DNA from: an uncultured Candidatus Saccharibacteria bacterium
GTDB taxonomy: Bacteria; Patescibacteriota; Doudnabacteria; UBA920
Length of the DNA: 64,000 nucleotides
Assembly (NCBI GenBank): GCA_964473815.1
Contig: CAYYQK010000005.1
Span: forward strand, 3,847 to 67,846
Reading direction: 5' to 3'
Part shown: positions 1 to 8,968 of the stretch, in pieces
Numbering within the stretch: position 1 is the stretch's first letter
Layout: every line of letters begins with the position of its first letter
The notes under the pieces: generated by a model
The model's database searches: none
Told to the model about the DNA's origin: nothing
What the model saw: only the letters and a program-made list of their open reading frames with translations
Translations under genes and position numbers: made by a program

Positions 1-6
1 GATAAA

Positions 7-258
7 ATGAAGCCAATCCGTGACTTTGCTAATATTGGCATCGGCGTAATTTTCGGTATCGCCGTTCTCTACGCTGTGGTCATGGTTGCTTGGTACGGCA
101 TTAAACTCCAGTCCTCTGCCTCAGACCCGATAAAGTCTCAAGAAGCTAAAGCGGGTCTTAAATCCACTGTGGTCGGTGTAGGTATTACCTTTGCTGCCAT
201 CTTCATTATCGGAATAATCCTGTATGTCTTAGGTTTGATCGGTATTAGAGAAAACTAA
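7..258 (+). CDS. VirB2/TrbC-like T4SS pilin (small two-TM protein)
   Basis: 83 aa with two hydrophobic helices flanking a hydrophilic loop; located first in an operon with VirB6/VirB3/VirB4 homologs. Confidence 0.4.
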   Translation: MKPIRDFANIGIGVIFGIAVLYAVVMVAWYGIKLQSSASDPIKSQEAKAGLKSTVVGVGITFAAIFIIGIILYVLGLIGIREN

Positions 259-267
259 TTTAAAGTT

Positions 268-1185
268 ATGGAAACAGAAGATACGCCAAAGAAGCAAAAC
301 ATCTTACAGAAAATAGATGGCTTCTTTGGAAAATTTATTCCCAGTTTCAACGCCAGAGCAATTCTCTATTTCAGTCTGATTTTCGCAACGGCTCTTTACC
401 TGCAAATTTGGCGTATAGGATCACATACTCCGCCGCCGCAAAAGCAAACAGAAACAGTCATAGCAGATGACTCATATTGGAATGGTAGTGAATACCATGA
501 CCGGATAAAGAACCAAACTGTTGAGTCTTTCACTAAGGAATTACAAAATTGGCTCAGTGGAAATAGTCAAGAATTTTCACGCAGGAAATTCGAGGACATG
601 CTGTTTATCAATAGCGCTTCAACCCTTGATACTGGCGGCAGCGTTGCCACAATTGTACCCGAGAGTTTCAACTATCTGGAAAACCATGCTAGAGGCAGAT
701 ATCAGTACGCTAAACAAAATGGTTTTCTCAGCGACAGCCCTACTTTAATTTCTTACGGCAATCTAGTATGTGATATTGGCGACCGGACGGAAAAAGATAC
801 CGGCATCGACATTTATGAATGGCGGTATGCATCTATGCCGAAGCTGGCTGCATTTATGAACACAAAGCCGGATTGGAAGGTACAAATCAAGGATAGAATT
901 TTAGATGTTAGTGATCCGAGAATTGAAGACGCTGGCTTGCTCGCCACCAAAACGAGCCAAAGCCAGCCGCCAGGACTATTCTCCTTCCTTATCTTCCAGG
1001 ATAAAAGCAGTAACAGAATTTATCTAGCAGATAGCGAGATTTTAGAAATGAACAGCGTGGATGCAAGACAAACCTTTAGCAATTTAGTGGGATTAAAGAA
1101 GCAACCAAAGCTATATTACAAATACGGCTTTGAAGGCTGCAAGCAAATCAATAATTCAACTTCTTCCTATGAACAATTTGATTAA
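268..1185 (+). CDS. T4SS-associated membrane-anchored protein (possibly VirB8/VirB5-like), hypothetical
   Basis: 305 aa, single N-terminal TM helix followed by a soluble domain; operon context only. Confidence 0.3.
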   Translation: METEDTPKKQNILQKIDGFFGKFIPSFNARAILYFSLIFATALYLQIWRIGSHTPPPQKQTETVIADDSYWNGSEYHDRIKNQTVESFTKELQNWLSGNSQEFSRRKFEDMLFINSASTLDTGGSVATIVPESFNYLENHARGRYQYAKQNGFLSDSPTLISYGNLVCDIGDRTEKDTGIDIYEWRYASMPKLAAFMNTKPDWKVQIKDRILDVSDPRIEDAGLLATKTSQSQPPGLFSFLIFQDKSSNRIYLADSEILEMNSVDARQTFSNLVGLKKQPKLYYKYGFEGCKQINNSTSSYEQFD

Positions 1186-2479
1186 CGCCATACTCTCAAA
1201 CTACGTCCCAACGATTATTATCGTTAGTTTAGTTATTGGCATATTTGCTATGGCTATTGCCGGAGTGATTAGGAACTCGGGCAAAGCAGATGATATCGCC
1301 CGCTCGAACGCCATTATGCAAACCGTGATTATCGGCTTCATTATGCTGTTCATTTCCGGAGCTTTCGTGTTTGCTTTCCACCAAACCTATGTCAGCCAGG
1401 TTTACAACAACGTCCGCGAAGATGTGGAAAGAAAACTGCCCGCTAACAGCGATACCAATAACACTGAATTGCTCGGTAATGAAGTAAAAGACACCGGTAT
1501 TACCACAAATGATTCCCGCTGTATTTTAGTGGTGGTGGATACTATTGATTGTGTTAAAAAGACCATTAATGACATTATTGGCAGCATCATTGAAAAAGTC
1601 GTTAGAGGGTTCGGTGTTGCCATAAGCAAGATCGTTGAAAAATTTAACTTCAAATTCTTATTTAACCTCCCGGCAGAAATTTTTGATAACAGCGATAATC
1701 TCCCCGCAGACCAAATGCAGCGTATAATTAACTTTAATGCCCTGCTCAAAGTTAGCGAGATTATCGGCCTAGCCTTTGTTTATCTCCTCATAATTACCCA
1801 TTATTTCAAATCTATTATCTTTTCTTTAGATAATGATTATTCCAGTGACTTTGTCGGCGACATCGGCAAAATGCTCTTAGGTTTTGCCGGAGTATTCTTG
1901 GCCAGATATATCGCTGAAGCCGTTATTCTGACAGGACAAGCATTTGCCTCCTTTCTGTTTAACACGCCCTTAGCAAACGGCCTTATCACTGCTTTAAAGG
2001 CTTTGGTCACAGATGCCCTCTGGGGAGGATTCAGCGGCTTTAGTGTGGCTTTAGTTGGCCTGGCTATCTTTGTGCTAATTTATATAATCCTGTTTGCTTT
2101 TGTGGTCTTCCGTAATGCCAAACGCTACTTCATTCTCCTCTTGATGATTCTGCTTGCTCCAATTTTTACGCCCATGCTGTTTTTTGACATGACTCGAAAT
2201 ATGGGCACGATCTTTTGGCAAAAGTTTATGGTTACGAGTTTCTCTTTAATTTTCGACCTCTTGATTCTCTTAATGATGTTTGTGTTTCTAAGTAGCGGCG
2301 GCATCACCCTGAGCAACCTCATTTTAATTCTAATCGGTCTAGCCATAATTGCCGATAGTAATAATCTATTGCAACAAATTGCCAATGCCGCCGAAGTCGC
2401 CGGATTTAAATCAGTTGTCAGGAAAGGGTTATCCTCCGGAACCGGACTTTACTACAAACTCAAAAGTTTAAAACAATAA
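1130..2479 (+). CDS. VirB6/TrbL-like polytopic inner-membrane T4SS protein
   Basis: 449 aa with many TM helices, located between pilin-like and VirB3/VirB4-like genes. The true start is probably at an internal Met after the 1185 overlap. Confidence 0.4.
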   Translation: MKAASKSIIQLLPMNNLINAILSNYVPTIIIVSLVIGIFAMAIAGVIRNSGKADDIARSNAIMQTVIIGFIMLFISGAFVFAFHQTYVSQVYNNVREDVERKLPANSDTNNTELLGNEVKDTGITTNDSRCILVVVDTIDCVKKTINDIIGSIIEKVVRGFGVAISKIVEKFNFKFLFNLPAEIFDNSDNLPADQMQRIINFNALLKVSEIIGLAFVYLLIITHYFKSIIFSLDNDYSSDFVGDIGKMLLGFAGVFLARYIAEAVILTGQAFASFLFNTPLANGLITALKALVTDALWGGFSGFSVALVGLAIFVLIYIILFAFVVFRNAKRYFILLLMILLAPIFTPMLFFDMTRNMGTIFWQKFMVTSFSLIFDLLILLMMFVFLSSGGITLSNLILILIGLAIIADSNNLLQQIANAAEVAGFKSVVRKGLSSGTGLYYKLKSLKQ

Positions 2480-2480
2480 C

Positions 2481-2933
2481 ATGGACGACAAGCAAACCAA
2501 AATAGATATACCCGATTCTATTGAAAGTTACTCGGTAACTCTGTTTTGGGGTCTAACCATAAAGCAAATCGTTTTAATGTTTGTAGCTACGCTATTTGTA
2601 GGTTTTGGGGTATTTGCTGTTGTAGCTAGAAATTATGCCACGCTTCTGCTCATGCTTATTATGGCTAGCCTCACTATGCTCGGCATGGTCGAAGTTAAAG
2701 GCCGCAATTTCTTTCGCTATCTTCTGTTCATCTTCAGTTATTACAAAACTAAACCGCGGGTGCTAATTTATCACCATTATCAAATTAGCGGACAGCTTCC
2801 AAAACAAAGAAAACAATTAGTTTACCAAAAAGAAAATAACAATAAACTACTCATTATTATGTTCATCAGCTTAATTGTAGGAATTATCGTTTTAGTTCTT
2901 ACGGGAATCCACCTCTACCATGTCGCTCACTAA
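2481..2933 (+). CDS. VirB3-like small membrane protein
   Basis: 150 aa with an N-terminal TM pair, immediately upstream of VirB4 with a 14-bp overlap (typical VirB3-VirB4 coupling). Confidence 0.35.
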   Translation: MDDKQTKIDIPDSIESYSVTLFWGLTIKQIVLMFVATLFVGFGVFAVVARNYATLLLMLIMASLTMLGMVEVKGRNFFRYLLFIFSYYKTKPRVLIYHHYQISGQLPKQRKQLVYQKENNNKLLIIMFISLIVGIIVLVLTGIHLYHVAH

Positions 2934-5316
2934 CCTATTATTTAAAACAAAACCGAAATTTAAAACCCTGCTTAACTTTTGGCAGTTTAAAGACTTGAAT
3001 GACGGAGTCATCATTATGAAAAACGGCTCGTACCGAATGTGCCTTGAAGTTTTTCCGGCGAACTTCGGCCTTATGGACGAGGAAGAAAAGAAACGAGCTA
3101 TTACAGGCTTTGAGCAAGTCTTACGAGAAATTGATGCGAAGTACCCTTTAAGGGTTCTTATTCAAACCCGCAAGACCAATGCCGAGGATTATATCGACCA
3201 AATTGAATACGCATACAGTGTTCGTAATATTGGCACTTATGACTTATTTCAAAAATACGCTGATTTCATCAGAGAAATCAGCAAGGATTATGAGATTATT
3301 ACCAAAAAATTCTATCTCATACTTGAGTTCAGTGAATTAAAATATACCCTGTCTAAAGACATCATTAGCCGAGAGGATAAGAATGCTAAGAAGAAACGGA
3401 AAATTTCTGAGCAAGAAATTTTCCAAGAAGCTAGAACCAGCATGATAAGCATCTTAACAACTTTTAAATCCCAGCTTAAGGCCATAAACCTTGAAAGCCG
3501 CATCTTGGAATCCGGAGATATCGCTAAAGCTATGATGGCTTATTTAGATGAAGAAAAGTTCTTAAACAATAGAGACTTCTTTGACGGACTGGATAATTTC
3601 CGCAAACAAGCTAAAGAATACGAATTGCCTTTTTCAGTATTAAATAAAATCAGCCCTAATTTTATTGAAGAAGAAAATATTGATCTGTTAAGCATTAACG
3701 GCAAACAATATTTAAGATCAGAGTTTGTCAGCGAACTCGGCTCTTATGCCTACATTGATTGGTTTAAAGAAATTATCATGTTTCCTTATGCCTCGGATAT
3801 TATGTTTACCTTTACCAGCAAAGATCCCAAAGATACGGTGGCGAAAATAACAGAAAAGCGCCACCGGATTGAATCGAAAATCTTTGATGAAAAGAGCCAG
3901 CATAAGCCTAAGAATATTGCCGACAATCTAATTTTGGAAAGCACCGAACGAATTGAAAAACAATACCTCCGCTCCGAAATAAAACCGATTGATTTGAAAA
4001 TTGAAATGACTTTTCGCTCCGACACCATTCAAGCTCTCAACATGGTGCATATGAATATGGAGCGAGTTTTGCAGCGCAAAATGATGCAATCAAGGATTTA
4101 TCACTACGAACAGATTGAAGGACTGAAAGGCACTTTCATTGCCGGCAACAGCGAAACGGAAATTCGCAATCACAGAGACATCAATACTGATGTCGCTTCC
4201 TTCACTTTTCCGTTCATTACCCCGCAAATTTCCTCCAATACCGGCATTCTCTACGGGGTTGATGAAATTAACCGCTCACTTGTTACCATTGACCGCAAAG
4301 AACTGGAAAGCTATAACCGCTCAATTATTGCCTCCACCGGAGCCGGCAAATCCTATTTCATAAAACTCGATTTGATACGCTCGAGGATGATCGGTTATCA
4401 GTCATTCGTCCTTGATGTGGAAAACGAGTTTGAAATGGTTACCAGTTACCTAAAAGGTAAATACATTGAGCTAAGTGATAAATCTATTTACTACATTAAC
4501 CCCTTTAATTTAGCCGGCGAGGAGTATAAGGCGCAAAAGATTGAATTCGTCAGGCAATTATTCCAAACTTTGTACTCGGGAGAAAAAATCAGCGTTACGG
4601 ATATTACCCACATAGAAAAAGCTATTGGCAGTGTTTATGACCGTCATTTGATAAACGGTACTCAGCCTGTCTTAAAAGACTTCATTGCTGCCATAGATCA
4701 GCTAATAAAGACGGAGGCAATCTCAGGACTGCTGACCGTACTTCGCTCTTACAGTGAACCAACTCATCCGCAGTATTACCTGTTTAACAAACAGCAAAAT
4801 ATTGATTTCGCTACTGATGATCTTATAGTTTTTGCTTTAAAGTATGTGGATAAAAGAGATTTCGTAGTCGCAGTAATTTTGGAAAGTTACTGGAATTATA
4901 TTAACCACCCGAAGAATAAAACGAAATTCAAAAACTTAATCATTGATGAAGCCAGTCAATTATTCCAGTATGGGCTTATCGTAGAAAAGCTAGCCTCCCT
5001 AGCCCTCAGAGGCCGCAAGTACAACTCCGGTGTAACAACCATTGTACAGTCAATCAATCACTACTATAACAGCGGGTTTCCGAGAACGAGTGATTTATTT
5101 GACCAATCCTCGCTGACTTTAGTAATGAAACACAAAGTCAGCGACTCGTTCGATAAGCTCAACGAAAAAGTGCACATCAACAAACCGGAGCGCACTTACT
5201 TAGAAAAACTAGAAATAGGTAAAGGACTACTAATAGTTAATAATTCCAAAATCCCCCTGTCCATTGAAGCCAGCGAAGAAGAAGATAGAGTTTGCACCAC
5301 TAAGCCGCCCAGATAA
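2920..5316 (+). CDS. virB4: VirB4/TrbE/CagE-family conjugal transfer ATPase
   Basis: 798 aa; Walker A 'IIASTGAGKSYF', Walker B-like 'LIIDEASQLF'; size and architecture typical of VirB4. Confidence 0.8.
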   Translation: MSLTNLLFKTKPKFKTLLNFWQFKDLNDGVIIMKNGSYRMCLEVFPANFGLMDEEEKKRAITGFEQVLREIDAKYPLRVLIQTRKTNAEDYIDQIEYAYSVRNIGTYDLFQKYADFIREISKDYEIITKKFYLILEFSELKYTLSKDIISREDKNAKKKRKISEQEIFQEARTSMISILTTFKSQLKAINLESRILESGDIAKAMMAYLDEEKFLNNRDFFDGLDNFRKQAKEYELPFSVLNKISPNFIEEENIDLLSINGKQYLRSEFVSELGSYAYIDWFKEIIMFPYASDIMFTFTSKDPKDTVAKITEKRHRIESKIFDEKSQHKPKNIADNLILESTERIEKQYLRSEIKPIDLKIEMTFRSDTIQALNMVHMNMERVLQRKMMQSRIYHYEQIEGLKGTFIAGNSETEIRNHRDINTDVASFTFPFITPQISSNTGILYGVDEINRSLVTIDRKELESYNRSIIASTGAGKSYFIKLDLIRSRMIGYQSFVLDVENEFEMVTSYLKGKYIELSDKSIYYINPFNLAGEEYKAQKIEFVRQLFQTLYSGEKISVTDITHIEKAIGSVYDRHLINGTQPVLKDFIAAIDQLIKTEAISGLLTVLRSYSEPTHPQYYLFNKQQNIDFATDDLIVFALKYVDKRDFVVAVILESYWNYINHPKNKTKFKNLIIDEASQLFQYGLIVEKLASLALRGRKYNSGVTTIVQSINHYYNSGFPRTSDLFDQSSLTLVMKHKVSDSFDKLNEKVHINKPERTYLEKLEIGKGLLIVNNSKIPLSIEASEEEDRVCTTKPPR

Positions 5317-6077
5317 TGTCGCTACTTCAAGTTACTCAATTAGCGCATGGTGTATATACCAATAGACGAAGAATCTCACGGATTATCGCCGCATTGGTAA
5401 TTGGCTTTGGTATTCTGCTATTTCTACTCTACTTTGTTGTTGCCACGGCTTTTGCAGTGATACAAGGCCAGGGCAATGTTACTGACAACGACCCTGGTGA
5501 TAGCGGTATCCCATTTACGGAATTTGAATACTTTCGCTACAAAACTATCAATAGCGAAGTCTGGTATGAATACCACCATAAATACTACTTCCCAACTTTG
5601 GGAAGGCTAACGCAAGGAGTAATCTTAGACAGCTCTGCCGCAGTGGGACTTCGCCATATTGCCTGGGATATTGCCGATAGAGTGTCTCGCCGCACAGAAG
5701 TAAAAGCCTTTTCCGAAGGCAGTGTTGCCGCAGTAAAAGATAATACGCTCTACAACACCACGAGGCGGTGGCGGTTTTGTAGTAGTAGCCCAAATGGAAT
5801 TTGCTGGTATGAAGTAGCAGAGAGAGCAGATGTCCAATATGCCTGTGGTAATGAAATAATTATCCAGCATCCAGACTCTTTGAGAAGCCAGTATTGCCAC
5901 TTAGCCAGTCTACCTAGCTTTAACAGTGGTGATCCTATTCAAGGTGGCCAGACTATTGGTTATCAAGGACAGACCGGCTGGGCGACCGGCAAACATTTAC
6001 ACTTTGCCTTATGGCGTGGTGGGCAGCCGATTGATCCCTCTTATGCTTTTACTCAAACGCACTTAGATGATTGGTAG
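5316..6077 (+). CDS. M23 family metallopeptidase (LytM domain), membrane anchored; possible VirB1-like cell-wall remodeller
   Basis: N-terminal TM helix; C-terminal 'GYQGQTGWATGKHLHFAL' (HxH) and upstream HxxxD-like 'HPDSL' motifs; start overlaps the virB4 stop (ATGA). Confidence 0.75.
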   Translation: MSLLQVTQLAHGVYTNRRRISRIIAALVIGFGILLFLLYFVVATAFAVIQGQGNVTDNDPGDSGIPFTEFEYFRYKTINSEVWYEYHHKYYFPTLGRLTQGVILDSSAAVGLRHIAWDIADRVSRRTEVKAFSEGSVAAVKDNTLYNTTRRWRFCSSSPNGICWYEVAERADVQYACGNEIIIQHPDSLRSQYCHLASLPSFNSGDPIQGGQTIGYQGQTGWATGKHLHFALWRGGQPIDPSYAFTQTHLDDW

Positions 6078-6079
6078 CT

Positions 6080-7239
6080 TTAAATACGTTTTTCGATTTT
6101 AACTTTCGAAAAATTCTTGTCTGTTTTCACTTCCACACCCGCTTGAGGAAACCAATACTCCCCGGCCTGCTTTCGTAAGTTAAAACTATTGGCATGAATA
6201 AAATGACCTAAGTAAGAATTAATAATTGCCTCCACTATTCTATTATCCTGAGAAGATTGCTTCTGAAACTGCCAAAGGCACTGCTTGAATCTACATACTA
6301 CTTTACGGCGTACTAATACATAGCTTGGTTTAATAAAATAGCCCAAAAAATCCAGACCTTGAGCAGCCGGTCGCAGAATAATTTTTTTGCCATTCAAGCT
6401 AAGATTGAGCTTTTCTTTGAGAAAAGTGGCAATCGGCTGAATATATGACCGCAGCTTTTCTTTGTCAGCATCGAAAATAACAAAATCATCCACGTAACGA
6501 ATGTAGCGAGTCACCGCTAATTGATGGGTAATAAATTGATCTAATTCATTGAGGTAGATATTAGCAAAAAACTGGCTCGTCAAATTGCCAATAGGCAGAC
6601 CCTCACCTGCAGCTGAAAATAGCGATTTTGATTCTGGAATGAGAAATTTATCACTGCATAAGCCTTTGCGAAGATAATTCTTGGTCGGATCCTGAAAAAT
6701 AATTTTTTGGACTAGCCATAGCACTTGGTGTCGCCAAATTTCACTAGATAATTCGCCCCCCCCCCGACTGAAATTTTTTCGTTGATTAAAGAAAACAGAA
6801 TATGCTTATCAATCGAACGAAAAAAACTCTGAATGTCGAGCTTTAAGTAATAATTACCTTTTCTTTCTCTTCCGACCTCGGCAATAAACTGTCTGGCTTT
6901 TGTAACAGCCCGGTGAGTACCTTTGCCTTTGCGGTTAGCGAAAGAATTATAAATAAAATCTTGTTCAAACAAAGCGAAAATTTCATTACACAGTAAATGA
7001 TGCACGATTCGATCGCGAAAATCGGCGGCAAAAATTTCTCGAGGAGTCGGGTAAGCAATAATAAAACAAACGTGCCGCGAGATTTGATAACGGCCGCTTT
7101 GGAGTTCAGAAAGTAACTGAATTAAATTCTTCTCTCGATTTAGCTCAAACAACAGAGCATTGGCTGTTTTTTTCTTGCCTCGGTGACAGTCTTTATAGGC
7201 TCGGTAGAGATTTTGCAAAGTAAAAATTGATTCGCTCAT
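6080..7239 (-). CDS. DGR reverse transcriptase, reading frame interrupted at a G10 homopolymer (two ORFs 6712..7239 and 6080..6724)
   Basis: Upstream ORF carries RT motifs 1-3 ('FAADFRDRIVHHLL'). Downstream ORF carries 'GLPIGNLTSQ' (IGxxxSQ, DGR-diagnostic) and 'YVDDFVIF' (YxDD). The frames join if the G run (minus strand of 6756..6765) is 11 or 8 nt instead of 10. Confidence 0.8.
6756..6765. repeat. C10/G10 homopolymer tract inside the RT coding sequence at the frameshift site
   Basis: Direct count gives ten consecutive C on the + strand. The upstream-frame stop codon lies 14 codons after the tract. Confidence 0.9.
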
Positions 7240-7279
7240 AGAAGTTAAAATAAGCCCAGGGCTGGAGGCGGGAGTGCTG

Positions 7280-7409
7280 GGACACAGCGGACGTAGTTGC
7301 TATTATCCATATTGTCGTTGTTGGAATTGCCATTGTAGAAATTCGTTAACCACGCGTTGTTCGGATTGTCCTCATAGGCAGTAGACGACCAGTAGTTGTC
7401 AGACTGGGT
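7280..7409 (-). repeat. DGR template repeat (TR)
   Basis: 130-bp near-identical copy of the 3' end of gene 7960..8916. All 14 mismatches are T on the + strand (A on the coding strand) in TR versus A/C/G in VR. ORF 7245..7475 overlying it is spurious. Confidence 0.85.
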
Positions 7410-7563
7410 AGCAATTAAAAGATTTCCGACTAACTTAAAATAATCAATTTCATTTATTCTTCCCACTGACCGCATGCGATACCGAAATCAGTGCAAAGAG
7501 CGGAAATCTGGATTCCCAAAGCCCACACTTGAAAGGCTCGCGGCCCATCAATTCCGGGGAGCG

Positions 7564-7920
7564 TCATTTTGAAACGCTTTTCCTCCAGCCCTCGGCTTGT
7601 TTTGAAAGAGCGACAGCTTGCTGCAAAAGATACAAATAGCTTTTTTCACCGCCAAGCTGCTTAAGCTCATTGGCAATACGCAGAAAAATAATAATTGATT
7701 CGCTTTGCCAGATCAAGTCACCCAGGAGCTTTCGTCTGGTCGATAGATCGCTGCTGTTATTGATCTCCAAAATAAGTCGAATGGCTTCAATATTGGCAGC
7801 TAATATTCCACTGCCGAGCAGATATTTATACTGCTTGCCGAATTTAGGGACCCGCAAATACATTTCCCGAAGCAAGGCGAAAGCAGTATTGTAAATCGGT
7901 AGATGAGAATATAGCGCCAC
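7564..7920 (-). CDS. avd: Avd-like accessory variability determinant (small helical basic protein)
   Basis: 118 aa, predicted helical, positioned between VR and TR exactly as avd in canonical DGRs; no strong motif, so the call is positional. Confidence 0.5.
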   Translation of the reverse strand: MALYSHLPIYNTAFALLREMYLRVPKFGKQYKYLLGSGILAANIEAIRLILEINNSSDLSTRRKLLGDLIWQSESIIIFLRIANELKQLGGEKSYLYLLQQAVALSKQAEGWRKSVSK

Positions 7921-7959
7921 AAAAAAACCAAATGATCAAAGAATCAAATTACCAAATTA

Positions 7960-8916
7960 CTATCCTCGGACACAGCGGACGTAGTAGCTATTACCCATAC
8001 TGTCGTAGTAGGAATCGCCATAGTAGAAATCCGAGAACCACGCGTAGTACGGATAGTCCTCATAGGCAGTAGACGACCAGTAGTAGTCAGACTGGGTGTT
8101 AGGGAAATAAGTAGTGTTAATGCTAGGATTAACCCGTCCATAGTCCACTATGGAATTTAATTCTCTTATATTGGGCAGATGCCAGTCAGTATGGCCAGCC
8201 AGGCTAAGAGCCTGACAATAATCTATCGCCGGAAAATGGCCAGCTCCCTGGTCGCCGTTACCGTCATCAAAGACATACGTGTCTGCACTGCCACCGGAAC
8301 AATCGCTGCCGGTTTGACCAGCAGAGCATTGCTGCCACATCAGGCCTGTGGAATTATCAGTAATAGTGCCGTTACTGTTGTCGGTGTAGGACAAAGCTAC
8401 TCCGGTCTGGGATTCTCCATCTTGACCAGTCCCGCTGCACGGCACCTGGCTAGCCGAGCTGTAGTCATCGCTAAAGGCATTGCAGTGGGTTTGGCCAGTC
8501 AGCAGAGAGGCAGCAGAAGAACCCGAAGTAGCAGTACCGGCAACCCCTAAATATGTTGTGCCTGTTAACACCTTGGTCGGATCAATGGTGGGAATCGCGT
8601 TGTAAATATCAGCTAAAGTGTGGAAGGTGCCAGCCGGACTGCCGCCAGTAGTCAGGCTATGGTCGCCTTCGGTGACTGTGGCGTTGGTCGTCAGACGGTT
8701 GTAAATGTCAGTTAAGGTATAAAAAGTGGCGGCTGGAAGGCTGGAGGGCGAAAGATTGCCGGCATGGGCCACCCCTGCCAAAACTCCTACGGTAATGACT
8801 ACGCTCACACTGCTGTGGAGCACAGTTTTTAGCCAATTTCTTTTAGAGGATGGCTTCATGGCCGAGACCTGGATAATGCTCCTGATCTTTGGACCCTGAT
8901 TTTTTGAGTTATTCAT
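7960..8916 (-). CDS. DGR target protein: secreted or membrane-anchored protein with a C-terminal DUF1566/Lcl-like (C-type-lectin fold) variable domain
   Basis: Signal/TM peptide ('VVITVGVLAGVAHA'; the likely true start is Met at ~8859); 'TGLMWQQ', 'DWHLPNIRELNSI'; C-terminus 'QSDYYWSSTAYEDYPYYAWFSDFYYGDSYYDSMGNSYYVRCVRG' matches TR-encoded '...NYW...NPNNAWLTNFYNGNSNNDNMDNSNYVRCV' with N/T/L codons diversified. Confidence 0.85.
   Translation of the reverse strand: MNNSKNQGPKIRSIIQVSAMKPSSKRNWLKTVLHSSVSVVITVGVLAGVAHAGNLSPSSLPAATFYTLTDIYNRLTTNATVTEGDHSLTTGGSPAGTFHTLADIYNAIPTIDPTKVLTGTTYLGVAGTATSGSSAASLLTGQTHCNAFSDDYSSASQVPCSGTGQDGESQTGVALSYTDNSNGTITDNSTGLMWQQCSAGQTGSDCSGGSADTYVFDDGNGDQGAGHFPAIDYCQALSLAGHTDWHLPNIRELNSIVDYGRVNPSINTTYFPNTQSDYYWSSTAYEDYPYYAWFSDFYYGDSYYDSMGNSYYVRCVRG
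7969..8098 (-). repeat. DGR variable repeat (VR) at the 3' end of the target gene
   Basis: 130 bp; 116/130 identical to TR, with the 14 differences all at TR-adenine positions. Confidence 0.85.
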
Positions 8917-8968
8917 GTGTTTATTTTTTAATTATTTATATTAGCTATTAACGTAACGCTTAACCCTC

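Noticed and set aside
7245-7475. 76-aa ORF on the minus strand whose translation resembles the C-terminus of gene 7960..8916 (looks like a truncated paralog/pseudogene)
   Set aside because: It is the non-coding DGR template repeat. Differences from the real gene are exclusively at adenines, and the ORF lacks a start context and a domain N-terminus.
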